In this document: positions 57,621 to 64,000 of the stretch, piece after piece
Numbering within the stretch: the first letter of the stretch is position 1
Layout of the letters: each line of letters starts with the position of its first letter
NCBI GenBank assembly: GCA_012295275.1
Contig: CM022676.1
Location: forward strand, 12,772,001-12,836,000
Length of the DNA stretch: 64,000 nt
Reading direction: 5' to 3'
From: Chrysomallon squamiferum
Lineage: Eukaryota; Animalia; Mollusca
Made by a program: the position numbers and the translations under genes
The notes under the pieces: model-generated
The model's input: the letters and a program-made list of their open reading frames with translations, nothing else
Told to the model about the DNA's origin: nothing
The model's database searches: none

Positions 57621-57764
57621 TTTTTTTAGTGGACAATCCTGGTAATACCCGTCTTCTAAGTAACACAATCAGTATCACTATGACATCAATGACAGTCACA
57701 GAACCAACAGCTCCTCCTACAGCTGCACCAAGCAGAGAACTAGAACCACTCTGTTCTTCTAAAG
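57621..57764 (-). CDS. Large Ig receptor, transmembrane exon
   Basis: ttacag acceptor. ALEEQSGSSSLLGAAVGGAVGSVTVIDVIVILIVLL-RRR. The 3' donor (A|gtataa) is weak and inferred from phase. Confidence 0.8.
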
Positions 57765-58035
57765 CTGTAAATCATAAATAACATATACAATAACATTTTC
57801 CTGTTCTAAAACTGTAATTGATAAATAAGACATATAATAACATTTTCCTCTTCTAAAACTGTAACTCATCAATAACATATATAATAACATTCTTCTTATT
57901 ATAACATTGTAATTGGTAAAGAATATGAACAATAATATTGCTGTTCTGAAACTAACAATGTTTCTTTACCTCCATTAATAGCAACAGCTGGGGTGGCAGT
58001 TTCTATTGTGTATTTAATATCATAGATATGTTTAC

Positions 58036-58683
58036 CTTTTGTATTTACTTGAATGGTGACACAATCACTCATATTGTCTGAAATTCTCGTGTTTTCAGCT
58101 GAGATTTTGACATCATAAACTGTTTTGTCTTTGAGACTGGTGATGTTATAAAACACTTTCTGTCCTTGTGTTGAGTCATCAAACCATTTACTTGTCCAAG
58201 TAATCCAGTTAGAGTCACTTTGTGGTTTGTACTGTAGTATAAATCTTTGTTTGAAATTACCACCTGGGTAGTTAGGTAGCCAGGACAAGAACACTGTGTC
58301 TGATGTTGATTCTCTTTCTTGTTGGAACTCTTTAGGAGGAAGAGGTGGACCTGCTCCAGTTAGGTTCACAGAAAACTGAGAACATCCAATTTCATTACAG
58401 ACAGTCAGTTTGTACGTTCCAATGTCATCTTGTGTGAAGTTTGTGATTGTCAGTGAAATTCTGTATCCTGAGTCTTTAATTAGTTTGCCGTGAATTTTCA
58501 GTGTGACATTTGTCTCCTCAACATTCGTATTATTAAAACTTGTTTCACTGTCAGATTTCATCCAGGTATAATTGTTCAAAGTGGGATCACAAAACAAAGT
58601 TTTTACTAATAAAACTGGCTTTCCAATTTCAGCTCCCACAATGTCATGCTTAGTTTCCATAGTGATCTTTATCTTTGGTTTTG
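58036..58683 (-). CDS. Large Ig receptor, Ig plus FN3 exon
   Basis: LTITNFTQDDIGTYKLTVCNEIG, then GPPLPP...VFLSW...FILQYK...ITSLKDKTVYDVKISAEN. Donors at 58036 or, in frame, 57970. Confidence 0.92.
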
Positions 58684-59578
58684 CTGAAATATGAAATATA
58701 TATATATATATTATGTTTTAAACCACTGACACAACATTCATATAATTAGTTATAATATAAACAATATAACATAAATCCATGTTATAAGTGAACTCATATA
58801 ACACATGCTATACATTTAAAAGGAAAAATTAGCTTTTCACTGATACTTTTATATTATTATATATGACTCCCACGTTTTAATCAACAGAGACCTTTTTAGT
58901 TTTGAATCAATATTTTAGAAATGAAAAATCATTTTCAAATAATTATGTTAATCTAACATAAACTATAAAGCTAGAAAACATGAAATATACCAGTTTTGTG
59001 AGTTTATACAAAAATCAAATGATGAGCAACTCATTGTTGTCCATAAGTTTTTGATGATCTACATCAGTTAGAAACTGCTTGACTAATATTTCTAAACTGG
59101 GTTTTTTCTGAGATCTTTTTGCTTATTATTTGATAGGAATCTCAGAGGATCAGACAAAATGCTAGAATACCCCAAAAGTCATACAGTTGTCAGAATAACT
59201 ACATGAAGAAATATCATACATGTTTAGAATAAGTTCAGAATAAGTTTGCTTGCAACAAAAAGACCAAACTACAAGTGACTAATAAACGTAGATAAAAATC
59301 ATTGTTTATGATTAATTTGAAAAGTTTTGTCTCACATGAAACATTTATGTGAAGCATTTCTCTTTTCATTTACTTAAACATTTTAAATTAGAATCTATAG
59401 AACTGAAACTGTAGATAAGTTGTGGTGACTGTTTACATAAATTAAAAAGAAAATTATACTAAAATCTATCAATAAAAAATTTAAAATTTATCTTGAATAG
59501 AGCTCAATACTATTCAATTATTTTCTACCACCATATCTAAAAATTACATGAAACGTAATAATTAATCCTTTCTTTTAC

Positions 59579-59875
59579 CTTTAACATAAACAACACTGTA
59601 GCCAGTCTGTACCAAGGTTCCACTTCTGTCAGGAATCCCATTGTGCACACTACACTGGTATGTTCCACTGTCCTGATACGAAGCAGAAACAAACATTAAA
59701 CTGTATTTGTTACGTCCAACATGTCTGCCTGTCACTTTTCTAACAAACACGTCATTCCAGTAGTGTTTGAAATCTGAGAAGTTCATGTTGTCAGGACGAC
59801 CATCAGCAGAACAGTTTATTTTTAGTAACATGTTTTCTGTTAAATTTTCAGATGGGAAGCTGGCATCAGGAGCAT
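59579..59875 (-). CDS. Large Ig receptor, Ig exon
   Basis: 297 nt, phase 1-1. INCSADGRP...DSGTYQCSVHN. Confidence 0.92.
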
Positions 59876-60064
59876 CTGAAATCAGTAAAAACATAAAAAT
59901 CAAATAACCAGGTTTTGTTTTATAAATTATTTAATCTGACATGTTATAAAGATTATATAATGTAAACTCATTTGCATGTTGTTGATGACAAACATCTCAA
60001 TATCTCAGTTATTTATATAATTGCAGTAATTATATTAAAGTAACAATGTTATTATGAGTCTTAC

Positions 60065-60331
60065 AATTGACAACAACTTCAGTTTCAGTCGAGTTCAACA
60101 GGTCTCCATGGTTACTGGTTGTTACATTTGCTTCACATGTGTAGTTGCCAGAATTATCTCTATTGAGGTTTTTCAAATCTAGTATTCCATCATTTACTTG
60201 AATATTTCCATCAAATTTCCACTTGAGTTGAACAGAGCTGGGGTTGCTGTCTGCTGTGCAGGTCAAGGTCAAATCATCACCTTCCTTTACAGGATTTGAA
60301 TGTGATAAAGATATATGAATTCTAGGATAAT
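60065..60331 (-). CDS. Large Ig receptor, Ig exon
   Basis: VKEGDDLTLTCTADSNP...LKW...NSGNYTCEA, phase 1-1. Confidence 0.92.
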
Positions 60332-60571
60332 CTACAAAATATTAACAATGTAATGTATACAAGACATTTTATCAGTATGTTATTGAAATAATACTTTCCT
60401 TTATAGGCACACTGAACAACAGCTGCAGAAGTTTCTAGACATTGAGTTGAAATAGATATCTAAATTGAAGTATAACACCGTAGAAACTGAGTGAAGCAGA
60501 TAGCTAAACTGAAGTATGACTTACATTAAACACTGAACTGAAGTAGGTAGTTAAACTGAAGTATAACTTAC

Positions 60572-60859
60572 AGCAGACATTGAGTTGAAGTACACTAGAT
60601 TCAGGTCTGGTTTGATCTGGTCTGTCTGTGAACAGATTCTCAGCAGTACACTTGTACTTATCTTCATTGTCTTCTTTTGTTGATGTGAATGAGAAGTTGG
60701 ATCCCACAAATGAAATGTTATGTTCATTTTTGATCCAGTGCAATTTAGCTGGTGGATTTCCAAGGTCACCTCTTGGTAAAGAACAAATCAGTGAACCTGC
60801 TTTTCCTTCAAGCCAGGGTTGTACAGGATTTGAATTCAAAGATGGCTGACCTGGTGGAT
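60572..60859 (-). CDS. Large Ig receptor, Ig exon B2
   Basis: 288 nt. SLICS...GNPPAKLHW...DNEDKYKCTAEN. Confidence 0.92.
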
Positions 60860-61158
60860 CTGAAAATTAATTAACTTTTAAATAAAATTTTAAAATTTGA
60901 TTTGAAATTTTGAACAGTTACATTAAAAAAATGCAAATAGTTTTCGATATGTATAAACATTAATGATAAACAATACTGTACTTTGTCTACATGTCTTGAG
61001 ATTTTGAATTCAAAATCACTATGAACAAAATCCAAGTTTTCTTTTATTAAAGGTGTGTTCCAAATATAGTGAATCAGCATTGTAAAATGTTAATAATAAT
61101 AACAATTATTATTATAACAATAATAAAAACAGCAACAACCATATGGACAAGAAATAAC

Positions 61159-61200
<42 letters not shown>

Positions 61201-61424
61201 ATACATAGAGCTGAGCTGTATCTCTTTGACATGAAAGGAAAAAAAAACTAAGTTTTCAATTGTGAAACATATGTTTCATGTATAACAAATCAATATTATG
61301 AACAGTCAAAAAATTAATAATCAAAATAAAATAAAACAAAAAAGACTGCATTAAAAAATAAAGAGAATTTGCATTAAAAAATAGAATAAAAACTCATTTT
61401 AGATTGAGGTAGGATAAAACTCAC

Positions 61425-61703
61425 AGTAAATAATCATGTTGACAGATTTATTTTCACTGTAGCCACTATATTTCCAGAAAGAAGTACAACTACACAGTTT
61501 GTTATTCTGTGTCCTGTTAGCTATGAAAGATATTGTACACGTTATGGTTTCTTCTCTGTCAGAGCAGTGTACAGGATTATAGCATGTCCAGTTCAGATTT
61601 GGTTTTGGGTTTCCACCAGTTGTAGAACAGCTCAGTGTGACAGTGTCACCCTCAAACACAGGAAATGTTGTTCCTGAAACAACTGGAGATGAACTTGGAG
61701 GAT
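61425..61703 (-). CDS. Large Ig receptor, six-Cys Ig exon A2
   Basis: 279 nt. VTLSCSTTGGNPKPNLNWTC...NNKLCSC. Confidence 0.92.
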
Positions 61704-62132
61704 CTGAAAATATTTGAATTTGACTCTGAAGCAATATCAAGACTAATCTCTGATATTTGACTGTCAGTTATTTCCTATTTTATTATTCTCAAAAAAAGGT
61801 ACAGAAAAAATTAAAATAATGATATTAATAAAAAGGTAAATATAACTGTAAAATACTAAATGTATTTTGAAGTGGAGATTACACATTCTGCAGCACACTG
61901 AATAGTTTGAGCGTTAAAATGAAGTGTAACTTACAGCAGACACTGAGTTGAAGTAGATAGTTAAAGTAAAATATTGATTGAAGTAGATAAAGTAAAGTAC
62001 TGAGATGAAGTAGATATTCAACTTGAAAGATAACTTACAGTAAACATTAATCTGAAGTAGATACTAAAATTGAAGTATATGTTACCGTAGATAATGAGCT
62101 GAAGTAGATAGTTAAACTGAAGTATAACTTAC

Positions 62133-62420
62133 AGAAGACATTGAGTCGAAGTACACTAGATTCAGGTCTGGTTTGATTTGGTCTGTCTGTGAACAGATTC
62201 TCAACAGTACACTTGTACTTATCTTCATTGTCTTCTTTTGTTGGTGTGATTGAGAAGTTGGATCCCACAAATGAAATGTCATGTTCATTTTTGATCCAGT
62301 GAAATTTAGCTGGTGGATTTCCAAACTTACTTCTTGGTAAAGAACAAATCAGTGAACCTGCTTTTCCTTCAAGCCAGCGTTGTGTGGGGTTTGAAGACAA
62401 AGATGGCTGACTAGGCGGAT
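62133..62420 (-). CDS. Large Ig receptor, Ig exon B1
   Basis: 288 nt, about 84% aa identity to B2. Confidence 0.92.
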
Positions 62421-62943
62421 CTGAAAATAAATCAGTTGTTAATTACTAAACTGATGAATTGCAAATTAAAAGTGCATCTTAATTTGAAATTGTCACACTA
62501 CAAATATGTTACTACTAGCATATGATTGAATAAACATTAACTTTAACCAACAGATCACAAATAAATCCACAAGTGTAACTCTTAATTGGATATATATTAT
62601 TTTTAATTATTGAAAGTAAACAATATCTTTAGTAAATGCATACATACATACATATACACATATGTATACACACAAACAAATATATATGTGTACGTATGTC
62701 TGTATGCACACACCGATGTTGAAATATATGCAGATATATTTTTACAAATTAATCACAAAAGAAAATCTAATGAAACCAACAAAAAAAATTTCCAATTTGA
62801 AAGATGAATGAATATTTTGAACACTTAAATAAATAATAATCTTGAAACAGAAAACAAAAAAGAAGAAAATAAATAAATAAATAGAATTTACATTAAAAAA
62901 TAGAATAATAATTCATTTTAGAGTGAGGTAGGATCAAACTCAC

Positions 62944-63222
62944 AGTAAACAGTCATGTTGACAGATTTATTTTCAGTGTAGCCATCATATTTCCAGTAAG
63001 AAGTACAAACACACAGTTTGTTATTCTGAGTCCTGTTAGCTATGAAAGATATTCTACACGTTCTGGTTTCTTCTCTGTCAGAGCAGTGTACAGGATTATA
63101 ACATGTCCAGTTCAGATTTGGTTTTGGGTTTCCACCAGTTGTAGAACAGCTCAGTGTGACAGTGTCACCCTCAAACACAGGAAATGTTGTTCCTGTAATA
63201 ACCGGTGGTGAACTGGGAGGAT
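62944..63222 (-). CDS. Large Ig receptor, six-Cys Ig exon A1
   Basis: 279 nt, about 88% aa identity to A2. Confidence 0.92.
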
Positions 63223-63695
63223 CTGAAAATATTTGAATTTGACTCTGAAGCAATATTAAGACAAATCTCTCATTGTTTACTAACAATTATTTCCTATTTT
63301 ATTATTCTCCAAAAAAAAAAATAATAATAATAATATAAAATAAAAATACAAATCTCTCATTGTTGACTATCAATTATTTCCTATTTTATTATTCTCAAAA
63401 ATTAAAAAAAAAAAGTTGATGTTAATAAAAAGGTAAATAGAAATGTTAAAATGCAGCATACTGAATAGTTTGAATATCTGAGAAGTATATTAAAATAAGT
63501 AATATAGAAAAAATGTATTTGAAAATTAAGTATATATATATTCAATGTGAACTGGTTATTTTCAGATTGTTCTGTTTTATTTGTACCCTAATTTAATATG
63601 TGTATACTTTATATATAGTTATTATAAATTCAGACTGAGCAAAAAATAAAATAGTTAATTTGATGTAAATAATCTGAAATATCTGAATAACTCAC

Positions 63696-63956
63696 AGAAG
63701 ACAGTCAGTGTTACAGTGTTACTTTCAGACTGTTTTGTTTCAGAGTTTGTCACTGTACACGTGTAAACATTTCCTGCTTCATTCCTGCTGATGTTTGTCA
63801 GTCTCAGTTGAGAGTTTGATGTGAGTTCATCATTTCCCAGCTTCCACGAGTAGGAACAGCTTGGCTTACACACAGCAACACAGTCAACACTGAGATTTTG
63901 TCCTTCTACCACTTCAACAGGTGATGTTAAACTGAGTGTAACAGAGTCTGGACCAT
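63696..63956 (-). CDS. Large Ig receptor, Ig exon (most 5' exon visible; gene continues beyond the window)
   Basis: YGPDSV...VVEGQNLSVDCVAVCKPSCSYSW...EAGNVYTCTVTN, phase 1-1. Confidence 0.92.
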
Positions 63957-64000
63957 CTAAATAATAAAATTAAAACATCATCTACAATATATGTGTTGGA

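Noticed and set aside
60440-62160. Repeats resembling a CRISPR array
   Set aside because: Degenerate intronic tandem repeats without unique spacers, in eukaryotic DNA with no cas genes.
46137-64000. Assigning a gene symbol (nephrin, hemicentin, Dscam, Siglec, Alr)
   Set aside because: Only the architecture is similar. Orthology cannot be shown without a search.

Overview
AT-rich, intron-containing animal genomic DNA (probably an invertebrate such as a mollusc; the taxon cannot be fixed from the sequence), with one 200-N scaffold gap. The window is a rearranged cluster of immunoglobulin-superfamily membrane receptor genes. (1) A large minus-strand receptor (46137 to beyond 64000, 5' end outside the window) has at least 8 Ig domains, an FN3 domain, a TM helix and a micro-exon-encoded tail with ITIM-consensus, NxLY and YxN tyrosine motifs. 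(2) Two minus-strand paralogs with signal peptide, V-like Ig, C2-like Ig, TM and tail lie at 9887-15809 (intact, 429 aa) and 29759-34015 (tail truncated by a frameshift, 328 aa). Their V domains are only about 45% identical, while their stalk and TM are identical. (3) Plus-strand broken fragments of both gene types are scattered through the window. Interspersed are segmental duplications, a near-complete pogo-type transposon, a 1-kb foldback element, Tc1, Tigger, MULE and LINE relics, and microsatellites. All exon models were built by hand from GT-AG sites and codon phase; there is no transcript support, and identities are hand counts.
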